Below, in pieces: positions 25,771 through 40,103 of a stretch of DNA of 64,000 nucleotides (the stretch's first letter is position 1; each line of letters opens with the position of its first letter). Below the pieces are notes generated by a model. The model saw only the letters and a list, made by a program, of their open reading frames with translations. It did no database searches and was not told the origin of the DNA. The stretch comes from Podarcis gaigeae. Its lineage: Eukaryota. Where the stretch lies: NCBI GenBank assembly GCA_964106915.2, contig OZ066920.1. One strand, written 5' to 3'. Made by a program: the position numbers and the translations under genes.

Positions 25771-26739
25771 TCTGCCCGTTGTGTCGAAGCAATTTATCTG
25801 TCAGCAGCCCCCACACTGCTGGGAGAATGTCTGAATGATCTAAACACAAAGGTGGTGCACTGATTACATAGACCTGCAGACTGCCCCGTTCCGAGGAGCA
25901 AATGTGCAAAGGGCAATACGGAAAAAACCTAAGGCCTAAGTTGGTTCAGGGGAGAAAGGCCTTTCTAAGTCCAGGATTCTCTTCCTCAGAGTGGCGGGTG
26001 AGAAAGCCCACCACAATATGTACAAGACATGTAAATACATTCACATGTCTTGCTGAGTCATTTAATTTTTTCTTCTAGCCACACAGGACGGAGCTGCTTC
26101 TGGAGAGAGAGTCCCTTGTGGCTGAGAGAACTTAAAAGCTCTTCAATTCCAAAGCAGGGTGGGAGGGGGGATTCCAGGCTTGCTGACTGCCAAAGCCAGC
26201 CACCCTTCATCCCCTGCTTTGTATCCAGGTGCTAGACACATAGCAACAGCATCCTAATCTCATCTGTGCTGAGAACCATTGAGCAGCAGCTGCATGAAAG
26301 GTATAAGCAGCTATTTTCCTGACTCGGGTGAGTATTTTCCTGGCTTAGGACCAAATTGGTGGCTGTGGCATGCCTTTTTCTTTTTCTAGTTGGCTTGAGA
26401 ACAACGTGATGAGCATGCCATTTAATTTTTCTGGCCTGAGTTCATGTCGTTGAGCAAGCTGAGTGTCTAGAAGTTGTATTGAATGCCTTTTGTTCTCTCT
26501 CCATTCCTCTTTGTAATAACTCCTTTGCAAGACTGTTTGCGAGCAAAACCCATAGGTTTTTGTTTTTGAAAGCACTCAGGAGGTGCCCGAGTGAGACATA
26601 ATAAAAAGTTTCTTCTTCAGTCACAGTGGGATGTAAACTACATTTTCTTTTAAAAAAAATAAAAATAAATCAAAGATCCTTACAGATATTTTGCTGCCTC
26701 AAAATATTTGGCTACAGGCCTTGGGGTAATAAAATGTTA

Positions 26740-27044
26740 AAGGTAAAGGTACCACTGCCCGTTCGGGCCAGTCTTGCCAGACTCTAGGGTTGTGCGCACA
26801 TCTCACTCTATAGGCCGGGAGCCAGAGCTGTCCGCAGACACTTCCGGGTCACGTGGCCAGCATGACAAGCTGTATCTGGCGAGCCAGCGCAGCCCACGGA
26901 ACGCCGTTTATCTTCCCACTGGTAAGCGGTCCCTATTTATCTACTTGCACCCAGAGGTGCTTTCGTAACTGCTAGGTTGGCAGGCGCTGGGACCAAACAA
27001 CGGGAGCGCACCCCGCCACGGGGATTCGAACCGCCGACCTTGCG
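26740..27044 (-). mobile_element. 5'-truncated Sauria SINE
   Basis: aggtaaaggt tail, Sauria core, and an 11-bp TSD ataaaatgtta (26729-26739, 27045-27055). Confidence 0.93.
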
Positions 27045-28724
27045 ATAAAATGTTACGTTTATGCAAAAAGACAGTGGAATAAAGAGCAGACGAGAGTTGA
27101 AATTATGAGCTGTGTCCAGTGTGGGACCAGTGGGCATTCACCGGAACATTATTACCATTTCATCAACTCCCACTGTGCACCCCCAAAATTTGCCCCAGGG
27201 GGTCCCCAAATCCTCTGGATCTGATTTGAAGAGTCAGGGGGCAAGAGAGCATAGAAGGAGAACAGAAAGCCCCACTGCACACATGTATGCCTGCTGCACC
27301 AGCAGAGCTGCAGCAGTGGATAAGGCCCTTTGTCATTTGGAAAATCTTAGCTCAGATGTGAATCTGACACACATCTTGGGAAGCTTCATGTCTCAGGTGA
27401 ATTTTACCAGGTTTCACATGTTTATATCCTGAAACAATATTTGAACCTGAGTCAAAGATCTGCTGAGCTGTTTGTAGGATCTGGGTTTGATTTCTGGTGT
27501 TCGCTACACACACCTTTAAAACCAGGGCTTGCAACTCTGTGCTGAGCTCACTATTTATTTATTATATTTCTATCCCACCCTTTCTCTCAAAGGAGCCTAG
27601 GGCAGGAAACACACAAGGAATAAAGCAAAACATCTTAAAAAAACAATTCTAATACAGATGTAGGCCGGGAAAGAGCTCTACTTAAAAGACTTGTTAAAAG
27701 AAGGTCTTCGGCTTGTGCCCAAAAGACAACAGAGAAATGCCTGTCTAATATTTAACAGGAGGGAATTCCAAACACTGGCCCAACTATATTAATAACCATG
27801 CAGTAATTTGAAGTTTGCAGCAGTGAATCCAATTGTAACATAATTTTCCAAAGTAAAATGATGTGCTTGTTTTGGAATGGATTAACAAGCTTGCTTCTGT
27901 AAAGAAAGTTAAATAATGTGTGACTTTTAAAATACAAATGAATACTACTAGTGCTTGTGTAGTTTCAGTATAGCTACCACTCTGATATTTGTTGGTAGAA
28001 TACAGATTCCTGAGATGATGTTGGCATTGTGAGACCATTCTAAACCTCCTGAGAGTCTGGGCAGGGAGGGGGATAAGTAAATGTATGTTTAAGATTCTAA
28101 GAAAGCTGAAGTCTGATGATAACAAAGATGTGGGAACTCTTGACACTACTCCAGCTGAAGCAAACTTTCAGCAAACTCTAGAGAGTTTCATTCAACAGGA
28201 TGAGCTTACCAAGAAAACAGTCATTTCTGGCTAGGTCTCCAATACTAGCAACAGCTGTGAGTTCAGCTGGTAAACAGTTTTGTTTTCTGCTTGTCAGTGA
28301 GCTTCTAGAACAGATGCGGAACGCATAAAAAATAGGTCACTGAAATATAAAAAGGAATGCACCAAGCTGAAAAGCTTGTAGTGCTCGGATATTGCTGCAG
28401 AGCTCGTAATGTCAAATTGTACACTGCATGTGGTTGTACTATACATCAGACTGTCTTCAAATGATAGGATTACCTAGAAATTTCACCAATTGCAGCAAGA
28501 AAGCTTATCAGCAAATAACGTAGGTGAGCTCCAATTCTTACGTTTTGGAAGCCACATAGTTTCTGCCCTTTATTATATTGATCCCACACTACAAAGCAGG
28601 ACAGAAAGGAAGAGAACCAGCAACTCATCCTCCAAGCCATTGTTGCCCCTCCCACCCACCTCTGGGCAAAGGAACACTGGCACGGAAGTAACTACATCAC
28701 CAGTCCCTCCTATTGGCACACAAA

Positions 28725-28795
28725 TGATTCCTAGAATTGTAGAGTTGGAGCTCAAACCCATGACCCTGAGATTAAGAATCTCAGCTGAGCAAACT
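28725..28795 (-). mobile_element. Internally deleted Squam3 SINE
   Basis: Tail ctagaattgtagagttgga is joined directly to head gctcaaacccatgaccctgagattaagaatctca...gctgagc. Confidence 0.6.
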
Positions 28796-31553
28796 GATGG
28801 GTTGCTTAAAATGGTACAAATAGGCAGAGAAAGGGCTTGTAATAGGCACAGTGTACGACCTTCAACTTCACAGCAAAGCATGTGCAATAGTTGTGCTCGG
28901 TGGAGAAATAATCACTGTTTCCCTGTAACTACAGTTATAGACTACTCATTCTCACTCAGAAATGTGCATAACCTCAAAATTATTGTGACAAAAGTGTATC
29001 ATACACCAAAACACCTAGGAAGCCCAACTCAATCATGTACAAAACAGTCTCCCAGAATCAGCCCCGGGGAAATTACCCACACCTCTTTTATAGTGTTTTC
29101 CATGCTTTGTTTTGTGTTTTGGAATATATGGCAATCTTACAATAGTATATTTTTTATTTCTGATAGCAGTTATTGACCATTTATGTACTTTTGAATTTTG
29201 GTATGTTTTGTGTCAAACATAATCCAGTTAGGCTCTTGACATATTTATCTAAACAAAAAGGAGTATTAGCATGCCTGTTAGCATGCATGTGTGATATCAT
29301 TCATTATGAATTCATCTAACTATCCAAGGGATGGGGGGAAGTCTATGGGTGAATGACTTTTCCTTCATTATTTCCGAGGAAAGTCATTGCTAGGGTTATG
29401 TTTTACATATCAAAATGTGCAAAGAAAAAACACGCTCTGTGAGTTTTGTTCAGAGACGTAATATCTAAAACAATTCTATGGCATTCTATGTCAGTGCTCA
29501 AACTCTGATCTTTATTTTGAGAGATACTGCATTACACACAAAGAGTGGGTAGGGAAACACACTTCTGTTTCAATAATATCTGTTTCAATAATATCTTAAG
29601 TGGATCTCCACTTAAAAACATAAGAAGGACAAGCCGGATCAGGCCAAAGGCCCACCTAGTCCAACATCTTGTTCTCATAGTGGCCTGAGGGAAACCTGCA
29701 AGCAGGATTTTAACCCCAAGGGCAATCTCCCCGCCTGTGGTATTCACAGAAGCATTGTCATCAGTAGCCCTTTACACATTCACTTTTCACACAGCAAACC
29801 AAAGTTGGAAGACCATGACAATTAATCCACCCATCAAGCTGAGGAGAACAATTTTCTTCATTTGTCCCATTTGTTCAACTCAACACCCTTTTTCCAGGAA
29901 CCTCTCCCACACAACTTTGCACGCAGGTACATCCTTACTCGGAAAATTGCTGGTGTGCACCAGTCTACACTGGTGAGGGAAAAGGCAGCCTAAATGGTAG
30001 AGATAGTTCCCGGCTCTCCATATATACAGCCTGCTGGATATTAGCCCTGCTGCTATATATATATGACCACATGAAGGGCTCTGACAGTGTCATCTGACCT
30101 GACCTGACCTGGGTCTACCAATGATGACTCAGAGGAGAGACAAGAGGATCTGCAGAAAGTGATGTGTGGTGGCTGGTGCCCATTGCGACTGGCAGGGCAG
30201 GAGGGAGGGAGACCAACGGTAGACGCATGACAAACAGAGTCACCCGCTGACTGGTGGTGAGTCAAAAGGCAGCCAAGTGGAAGGAATGGGGGTCAGGCTG
30301 AGGTTTGTGGGGCACTGCCCCAATTGCCCTAAGAGACCAGCTTAATGACCACAACAGAGGCACCAAATTAAAAATTCTAAAATGTCCTTCCTAATCCAGT
30401 TCTCTTTTTCAATCCATGTGGCTGTTGTCATCTATACATACAGAAATTGGGGTTGTGGTGGAGGAATTGGGTTGGATATAGTCCCTCCCTGCTCTGCTCC
30501 TCTTCTCACCAAGGATACAAAACACAGAGCTGATGCGCCATGGAGCCCCTAATCAATGGCCTGCGTTAAAAAGTGCAATGCTGTAATAAAACATTATTAA
30601 GCTACATTAAAAAGCAGGTTGTCAAATGAAAATGCTCACTAAAAACTATTGGCAAACGGATCTATAAAAGGCATTGGACTATTTCCCCTCCAAAAGGGGA
30701 AATTTTTCACACGACGGCTTTCTATGTTGTCTGTGGTCGCAACAGTGAAAGAGGTCCATCTGCTGGCAGAGGTTAGAAAGCTCTTTTCAATGTATTGGTT
30801 CCTCTACCCCCCGTACCACGTTTATAAATGTCTTCTCAACTTATGTGCATGATTTTATTTCACAAAAAATACTTTTACTGCAAGAGAGGTTGGAGGAGGC
30901 ACTATATAAAGTTATCATTAGACAAATTGGATAGCTTGTATTATACCTAACTTCATGCAGTGGAACTGACATTTCAAATGGCCTGTATTTTCTCACTAGA
31001 ATTGCCACCCTTTTGTATAGATCATGACAAACCTACTTATTATATGGGAAAAAATTGCCTTTGAAAGCCAAGCAACATGAAGTCAAAGCACTATACAGTT
31101 TGCTTCAGGGCACATGTAACCGCAATCACAACGTGATGAAATTTCACTAACAAAACCAAGGCCTGCATCTGCTCCACACATTTAAAGCAATATCATACCA
31201 CTTTAAACAGTGGTGGCTTCCCCAAATCACTTTTCCCCTCACGGAATTATAATTATCAGAGTGATTTAACAGTCAATTCCTCTTCCCAAAGAACTCTGGG
31301 AATTGTAGCTGCGTGAAGCAAAGTGGGATCTCCTAACAGCTTTCAGCATGCTTAACAGATTTATGAGAGAGGTTTTGAATATTCGCACAATTCAAATAGC
31401 ATTCTTAGCTTTCAGCCTTTCACATGTGAATGTTGCCATTCTGCAAATTTGGAGCATTCAGTGCCCCATCACTATATATTGGCTACTAAATATTTCTAAA
31501 GTGCCACTCAGTGCCACTCTCCATGTGCTGAGTCTTTAATGAACCTTTAACCA

Positions 31554-31839
31554 GGTGCTCACTGGAAGGACAGATCGTGAAGCTGAGGCTCCAATACTTT
31601 GGCCACCGCATGAGAAGAGAAGACTCCCTGGAAAAGAGCCTGATGTTGGGAACGATTGAGGGCACAAGAAGAAGGGGATGACAGAGGAGTGCCTGGCATG
31701 CTCAGGTCCATGGGGTCACAAAGCTACTAACATGAGTTTGACCAACTTGTGGGAGGCAGTGGAAGACAGGAGTGCCTGGCGTGCTCAGGTCCATGGGGTC
31801 ACAAAGAGTCGGACATGACTAAACAACAACAACAACAAC
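31554..31839 (+). mobile_element. BovB (RTE) LINE 3' end with (CAA)n tail and an internal duplication
   Basis: tcactggaaggacagatcgtgaagctgaggctccaatactttggccac (SLEGQIVKLRLQYFGH)...ggtccatggggtcacaaagagtcggacatgactaaacaacaac. Confidence 0.9.
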
Positions 31840-33280
31840 GTGAACCATTCAGCTGCTCCTTACCTTAAGTACAGTTAAGAGTAAGTTGCAATGCTACCTC
31901 TCAAGTATTTGAATACCAGGAAACATGGGATTTGCCCATTTATCCTATGCCTTGAACTCTAGCTTAGTTTTGTAGCCTTTGTCCTAATACACAGAAAAGT
32001 GGAGATGGGACTTGTCAGCCATCAGAACAATTGCATGTGCCATTTGAAAGGTAACATTCCCTGACAGATTGAAGTAATCAGTTTGACTATGCCTCAGAGT
32101 CTGAATTTGTCAAATGAAGGTCAGGGAGGGCACATGATGTAAATACAGTGAATATAATTTATCCTTATCACAGCAAACCTCTGCTATATGTTTCTTTCTG
32201 CTGGAAATGTCCCTTTTGCAGAGGGCATTTTGAATATTTCTTTTAGAAGAGAAAGGAGAATAAGGCTTCAATCCTAACTACATCTACTAAGAAATGAAAT
32301 CCTACTGTACAAAGGGCTTCCTCACAGGTAAGTGAAGCTAGGATTGCAAGGTGTTGTGGTTTTTTTAATGTATTAATTTTTTAACCAACATCTGTTCCAG
32401 CGAGCATTTACTCCTCACACAAGAGCTTATAAAATCCTAGTGGGGTGCAAAAAAAACTGAGGTGGTGGAGTGTTTGGAGAGGGGGACTTTGACTAAGTTC
32501 ACATCTGCACTCAAGCCACTCTGGACCAATCAGTTTCTCTCAGCCTAACCTACCTCACAGGGGCGTTGGGAAAATAAAATGGGAACAGTATGCCGCCATA
32601 AGATATAATGTATTGGGGCGTCCTCAGGTACTGTAGGAACATAGAAAGCTGCATTTTACTGAGCTAATTGGTCCATCTAGCTAAGTATTGTTTGCACTGA
32701 ACAGCAGCAACGCTTCAAAGTCTTGAGCCTGTGGGCACACCTGGAATTTTGAGCATGTGCTGTAGACATTGCCCACCTCTAACCCCAAGAGCAGCTAAAA
32801 ATGAAAAGGAAGTATGCATGCATATACATATACACACACACCATTTGCTTTAGCCAGTAATGGACGCAGATAATCTTGAACATGCATGTTTTCACACAGA
32901 ACCCCTGGCCCCCCCTCAAACCATCTCCAAACTAAACATAACCTTGGTAGACTGCCCAGTTAAAAATCACAGATCCAGTAATTGCTGGCATTGCAAAAAC
33001 ATCACTCCAAGGCACAGATCCTTGTGGAACTTGGTGATTTTTAGATGAGGTGCCAGGAAAAGTGCCAACAAACAATGTGACACATCTCTGAGCATAGTGG
33101 TGGCTTATGTTTTTTTATGGTGGCTTTAAAGGAGTCCCTGTAAAAATTATGAGGATCCATAAGGATCACAGTTTTGGCACCATGGCCGTGCTGGGTCGGA
33201 AATCTTTATGACTCAGTTAATATGTGATTTATGGTGGTTAGGGAACCCCTGAGCGCGGGGGGGGGGGGTAATTTCTAGAG

Positions 33281-33416
33281 CAGGCTTCGACAACCTCGGC
33301 CCTCCAGATGTTTTGAGGCTACAATTCCCATCATCCCTGACCACTGGTCCTGCTAGCTAGGGATCATGGGAGTTGTAGGCCAAAAACATCTGGAGGGCTG
33401 AGGTTGAGGAAGCCTG
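33281..33416. mobile_element. hAT-type MITE
   Basis: TIRs caggcttc..caacctc / gaggttgaggaagcctg with a perfect 8-bp TSD ttctagag. Confidence 0.85.
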
Positions 33417-33768
33417 TTCTAGAGGATCATTTATACTGGCTCCAACTTGTTTGTGTATGCTTCCCACATGATTTTCTCTCCCCAACTTTCACTCTTGGCT
33501 TCTTAAGTCACCCCATTTTCTTTTAAATTGCCTATCTGAGCCTTGAAAAGGACACAGAGCTGAAAAAAGACATGGGAAAGTGTGTTGCACTTCCAGCTCT
33601 ATGTACTTTTGAAAAGGGGTGGGAAGACAACCAACACTTTGTGACAAAAGGCGCTGGGGGTGTCCTTGGAACAAAAATAAGATCCGTTGTAAATACTAGG
33701 CAGTTTTTGTTTTCCCTTTTCAGTTATTCAGCTCAATGGAGATTTGAATTTTCTGGTTGCTTATGCTC

Positions 33769-33918
33769 NNNNNNNNNNNNNNNNNNNNNNNNNNNNNNNN
33801 NNNNNNNNNNNNNNNNNNNNNNNNNNNNNNNNNNNNNNNNNNNNNNNNNNNNNNNNNNNNNNNNNNNNNNNNNNNNNNNNNNNNNNNNNNNNNNNNNNNN
33901 NNNNNNNNNNNNNNNNNN
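33769..33918. other. Assembly gap (150 N)
   Basis: Run of N seen directly. Confidence 0.99.
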
Positions 33919-34384
33919 ATTATCTGCTGGCATGCATCCTTATTGGCTTGCAATTCTGTTTCTAGTTATGTTCATTTAATGATTTCCCGAGGGGTTTTCA
34001 GAAACGGGGCTACAAATTAACGTTTACTATTGGCAGCAGGATCTTACACTAAATGTGTAGCTTTCACCAATTTATGCAAAAACAAGAACTGAGAAATTTG
34101 CTATGCTGCAGATGTCAATGAGAACAAAGGTACGTTTAACCATAGATAAATAAATATGGGTAGCACATATGGTCTGGTCTTTGATCAGCGATTTTAATCG
34201 CTAATGTACAGTTACTCGGGAAAATAAAATTCAAGCATGTTCAAACATCAAGTTTGGAGTTTGGCTAGAAATAAAGCTGGATAAAATAAACCCAGCATGT
34301 TTACTAAATTTTGTTTCCAGTTTTACTAACAATTACTCTTGTGTTGGCTCTCTGGCTTACAAGGCTTCTGCAAAGCCCAAATAG

Positions 34385-34746
34385 GTAAAGGTAAAGGTAC
34401 CCCTGCCCGTACGGGCCAGTCTTGACAGACTCTGGGGTTGGTGCGCCCATCTCACTTAAGAGGCCAGGGGCCAGCGCTGTCCGGAGACACTTCCGGGTCA
34501 CGTGGCCAGCGTGACAAAGCTGCATCTGGTGAGCCAGCGCAGCACACGGAAACGCCATTTACCTTCCCGCAAGTAAGCGGTCCCTATTTATCTACTTGCA
34601 CCCGGGGGTGCTTTCGAACTGCTAGGTTGGCAGGCGCTGGGACCAAGCAGCGGGAGCGCACCCCGCCGCGGGGATTTGAACCGCCGACCTTTCGATCAGC
34701 AAGCCCTAGGCGCTGAGGCTTTTACCCACAGCGCCACCTGCGTCCC
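34385..34746 (-). mobile_element. Full-length Sauria SINE
   Basis: (aaaggt)n tail through to cagcgccacctgcgtccc head, CpG-rich, with ccaaatag near both ends. Confidence 0.95.
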
Positions 34747-37700
34747 TAATAGTCCAAATAGTCCTGGAGAAATGCCCTGCAGTCTAGTTATTGTACTGAA
34801 TTATTTCAGTGCTGCACCTCCAGGGAATTGTGTAACTTGAATCACTCTAAGCAGAGCCAGTATCTGAAATGTAACTGATCTCTGAGCCTGAATGTGAGTC
34901 TCAGCTAGGTCTCGATGAGGCTTGGCATATATATATGACAAAGCCTAATGAGCACTTAGTCACCTGAAAACTTCTGTTGATTTTAAAGATTAAATTTTTC
35001 AGTAAAATATATAATCTCACAATGTTTTATTATCCCAAAATGCTATGGAAGGGGGAAAGTTTTGTACTTGCTCTGTTGAAAGGATTCAATGAGTTTTCCA
35101 AACTATGTTCTAGGTTTTGGAGGCAGGCAAGTGTAGCGCTAGTGACTCTCCCCAGCTAAGGCTGAGTCTGATGTCTCAATACCATGGGCTAAGGAAAATC
35201 TCATCACGACCAGACAATAGAAGTCTATCTCTACATGGGATGTGAAGTAATATCATACATAAAGGCAAAAGAAGGGGCTTGCAAAAAGCCAATAATATAG
35301 ATCTCAGTATGCCCTTCAGTAGAGTGAGAATCGGCCCTGAATTAAAGCAAAATGTGTTAAAATTATATTCAGAGACATGAGTAGAACGCCGAGGTATGAT
35401 GTACCAGGATTATATAAAAGGGCTGCAGTGATGTCAGAAGAGTCAATTAATCAGATTTGTAGGAGCTGACTATGAATATTTATAAACACATGCCTAATAT
35501 GAATCATAGTACAGATTAATACTATATGCGGGTTTTCTACTTAATCACTTGTAGGAGTCTTCTCCCCCACCCCTAAAGTAAAACATATTTAGCCATTTAC
35601 TCATGGCTGCTATTTTTATCCAAGCCTTTTTCAGATTCAGTATTAAAATACACATCTTTCAAAGGAACTGTGCAGCTTTCTGTACTTCAATGTCAGGAGC
35701 CCTTTATAAACTGTGCACCTGAATATGGCATGTTGACAGCTTTCAGTTTTAGAACCAGGGGGTTGATTAATAGAGTTAGTCGGCTTGCCATTGTACCACC
35801 CTTCCATATTAATGAGGTAATTTGGGGATTTAGATCAATTTAGGTGCAGGATAGTGAATATATGTGAAGCAGCTACCATCCTAATCCCATTTACTTGGGA
35901 GTAAACCCCATTGAATTCAGTAGGGCTTGCTTCTGAGAAGACATGGTGAGGATGGCAGCCTAAAACCCTGAAGATTGTTGCTGTCCCCTTGGAACACTCC
36001 AACAAGGAAGAAACAAGTGGGAAAGGTGTGTAACACCAGGTTATGCATGTCCAGCCCCCAAGTCGTTAAAACAAGCAGCAGCAACAGAGAAGAGCAAGGT
36101 ATGACCACAGGGTGATATTTTTGGGAGGGGCGACAGAATGTTGAAGGACAGGTACAAAGACCTTCTACCTGTGAGCAAGTATGCTGGTGGCTAATGTAGT
36201 TTTGGTGTGTTTTTTTCCCCATTGATGGGGAAGCTGGTGCTCACACCACTGTGTTCCTTTCTTTTGTTTTTTGTACTTTTGGATGTGGCAGCCATTTTGT
36301 GACTGGTACCACGGCACTTTCTGAAAATTCCAAATGGGCCCACTGGCCCAAAAGGTTTGCAGCCCTGTTGTATTAATTCCTGTTTGGCATGATAAGCTTT
36401 CAGCTGGGTACACACAGAACAGAATCTGTAAAAAGGATAACTGTCTTCTGAAAGGAAAGAAGAGTTGGGGTGGGGGGAGTATCCTGCAAGCGGTTAACAG
36501 AGATGAGACTGAAAATTTTCATAGAGTTCCCTGGGAAAGAAAGCCATTTTAAAAATCTATCGTTTTATTGACATGTTCATTTTTATGGGATAACTAGGCT
36601 AAAATGAAGCTTAGAGTACATGACCTCCAGATTAAGGTGCCTTGACTCAGATGGGTGCAAAGAGTATTGCTTTACAATTCAAATAATGGATTATGTATTT
36701 AGAGTTGTATTTTCAGATTTCACTGTGGATGCAAGCTTGAATCATAGTCTGTTCTGAGCTGAATTGCCTACTGGGTTTAAGGTTGCTACTTCCTCAGCAA
36801 GAGGTTGAGATATTCATAGCCATATGACATGCAGTGATTCAGTGGGTACAGATATTATATGAGAGCTCAGATACGGGCTTAGCATTGTGTATGAAAATGG
36901 CATAAGAAGTTATTAACATCAGTTGCTTTCTCCTTTTCAGGGGTGGGTGGGTATGAATTCTCTTCTTCCCCCACTTGCAATTACTTTAGGATGCAATCCT
37001 TCTTATCAGGGGTGGGCAGGTGGAAATTTCATGTTGGGAAACCACCTGTTGAATTTCTGCCTGCTATGTTTGTTAAAGGTCCAAAGCCGGTGTCGAGGGG
37101 TGGGGGGATCTGGCAGTTCTGTTACTAACCAAAAGCTCAGAAACATAGTTTCTTCTGCTTACAAAAGAATTAGTGTGTTAACAGATTGTATCGAAATACT
37201 ACTTATTTGTTAATGAGCAAATGGAATGCAAGAAGTAGAGGTTTTATATTTAAACTGCATATTTGCCTTCTACTTATTTTCATTTGCAATGGTAACAGAC
37301 TGTTCTTTCTCTCTTGAACACACACACTGCTTTTTACCAATAAGTGCACTTGCAAAATCTGTAGTGTAGACAAAACATGAGTCAAATTATCATTACATGA
37401 GCACAGAAGTAATTCAGAAGACTGAAAACATTTCAAGTCTTAAATAATCCTCTGTGGACATTTAGAAACTATTTTTTATAAAAATATTTTTATTATAACA
37501 TTTCAGTGTAGGAGCTCCACTAGAAAAATAAAGCATATAGTTCTTCAAAGAGAGGTGTGACATAATTCATGCAATGAGTAATTGTGTGATTTTCAAAGCT
37601 GTAAATAGTAGCTGTAGGGAGCCCTGAATTAGGACTATGTCATGTAAAGAGAAAGCCTTAACCCTTTGTCCCTGTTACAATACTGATCCAGATTCTTCAT

Positions 37701-37889
37701 TGCCACTGCACTAGTACCTGCTCTTTGCATTGGGTAAGAAGTTATCGTTGGCAACAACTGAAGCTTCTCTTTCAAAGCAAATAGCAGAGAGGAGGGGCAT
37801 GTCAGGGCAAATGGTTAAATTCCCTCCAACCTCCCTCAAAAATGATCCTGATCTAGATCAGTATTCCATTGCTTCTACTTATTTTTTAA

Positions 37890-38560
37890 ATACTAAATAC
37901 GATTGCTTCCCTTGACTTGGACACTATACTTCTGTTGATGCAGCCTAGAATAGCACTAGCTTTTTTGCTGCTGCATCACACTGTTGACTCATGTGAAGTT
38001 CATGGTCTATGAGGATCCCTAGATCCTTTTCACATGTACTACTAGCAAGCCAGGTGTTCCCCTGTTCCATCAATCTTGTAATTCTATCTGGCATGACTTG
38101 TTTTTGAGAAACCCATACTGGGTCTTAGTAACCACTGCATCCTTTTCTAAGTGCTCATACACCAACTATTTAATTATCTGTTCGAGGACCTTTCCTGGTT
38201 TCTAGTTGGTAGTTACCTGGGTCTTCTTTTCCCTGACTTCTGAAGATAGCAACAACATTTGCCTGCCTCAAACCCACAGGGACCTCACCTATTCTCCAAG
38301 AATTGTCCAAGATTACACACAGAGGCTCTGAGATTACATCTGCAAGCGCCTTTAGTGCCCTTGGGTGCAGCTTATCAGGTCCTAGAAATCTGAATTCATT
38401 TAAAGTAGCTAGGTGTTCCTTTGCCACCTCTTTTCCTATCTCGGACTGCAGCTCCCTCCTTGGATACTTTATTCCGTTATCACCAGGTTGACCAGTGCTT
38501 TCCTTTTGGGTGAAGCCAGACACAAAGTGGTTTTTGAGCACTTACACCTTCTCTTTGTCA
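37890..38560 (-). mobile_element. CR1 LINE ORF2 fragments
   Basis: ORF 38170-38541 gives EHLATLNEFRFLGPDKLHPRALKALADVISEPLCVILDNSWRIGEVP...ANVVAIF...KEDPGNY, the characteristic CR1 ORF2 pre-RT region. Confidence 0.88.
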
Positions 38561-39862
38561 CCCAGTAGCATTTCTCCTCTATGCAGAGGACCTACTACAC
38601 ACAGGACACCACAGGGATAGCCAGTGTGGTGCCATTTAGATTTTGTAGTCCAACTCCCACCATACCTGATCATTGGCTGAAGCAGGTGATGGGAGCTGTA
38701 GACCACCATCTGCAGTAAAGCACATTGGCTACCAGTGCCATAGCACTTAAGACACTGGAAACCAAACATTCTGGTTGAGAAGTCAGCACTGTCTATTATA
38801 TGTACTGCTAAGACACCAGCTGTTTACTGAAAAGATCAGATATGCTAGAAAGCTCATGTGATCCCCTAAATCAGCACCATCTGGAAGTTCCCCAACTCTC
38901 TCTTATTAATGTGTTTGTAGTGTTGTTGTATCTGATTTTTTTCTGACCGTTACTCAGCATAGTCTCTTTTGTCTCCTATTTCAAGATGATTCAGACTCCT
39001 ATTCCTTTTTTTTTTATCTGATCCCCAACTACTCTGATCAGTCATTTGGAAACATGTTTCAGATGCAGTTGCTGTGAAATGTTGCTGTGGGATTTAAAAA
39101 TAGCCACCGCCTTCCATGCTAGAGGCGGATGCTTTTCAGAGGGGGGAAAAGCAAACTGATTTCTCTTCTCTCTATGTATAGAACAGCATTGTACAGTTGT
39201 ACCTGCCTACTCACCCTGGTTGAAATTCACATTTGTGCACAAAGGCACTCTATTCCTTCAATATTTTGTCCTTTCAGGCTTTTTATTTTGGTGTTTCCAT
39301 AGTGCTTTATATGCTGCCTCAATTTTTTGCTCCATTTCAAGGTTGTGAAGTCTCTCTTATTTAAAAAACAGATTCTGCTTTCAGGTATTTTTTTTTAATA
39401 TATAAGGGATACCCAGGGAGTCTTGGGTGATGTATGCTGGATTGCATTCCATTTAAATTTCTATCAAGTTGTTCAGGCTAAGATGGAAGGGCCTCTCCAA
39501 GGCATCCTACCAGAGAAGGCACTACATGGCTCAGTGGAAAGCTAAACTCATACAAGAAACATCTCCAGTAATAACAAATGACTGTTCCATGAGACAAACA
39601 GAAGCCATTCAACAATTGGGAGTGCAGAAAACTGACTTTATGATTTGTATCCACTAAGGCATCTTCAAAGTAGACCCATTGGCCATGGCAAAATTAAGTC
39701 AAACTGACTTCAATGTGTCTACCCTGCAAATGGCTTAGTGGGAGGTAACCCTTTGGTTGAGATCCAATGTGTTTAGTGCAAGACGATCGAAAATAGGCCT
39801 TGTTGTGCACTAGCACAGAAGCTTAACTGTCACCTGCTGTAATAATAGCCATGGTTTGCTAG

Positions 39863-40103
39863 GACGACAGGGAGAAACATGCTAAGAGGAAGGCACGCTT
39901 GGCAAACCCTCACCATGATCAACTCCCGCCTGGAAACCTATGTCCCCACTGTGGAAGGATGTGCGGATCCAGAACTGGTCTCCACAGTCACTTACGGACT
40001 CACTGCTAAAACCCTGTTTTGGAAGACAATTTTACTCAGCTACAAGTGATCGCCAAAGAAGAAGAAGAAGAAGAAGAAGAAGAAGAAGAAGAAGAAGAAG
40101 AAG
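39863..40103 (+). mobile_element. RTE-clade LINE 3' end with (GAA)n tail
   Basis: Translates REKHAKRKARLANPHHDQLPPGNLCPHCGRMCGSRTGLHSHLRTHC* (C-terminal C2H2-like motif, stop at 40007-40009), then a short 3' UTR and a gaa repeat tail. Confidence 0.8.

Noticed and set aside
28490-29176. Longest ORF in the window (228 aa)
   Set aside because: It starts at a non-ATG codon, crosses a deleted Squam3 SINE and shows no recognisable protein motifs.
33572-34020. ORFs spanning the N run
   Set aside because: They are artefacts of the assembly gap.
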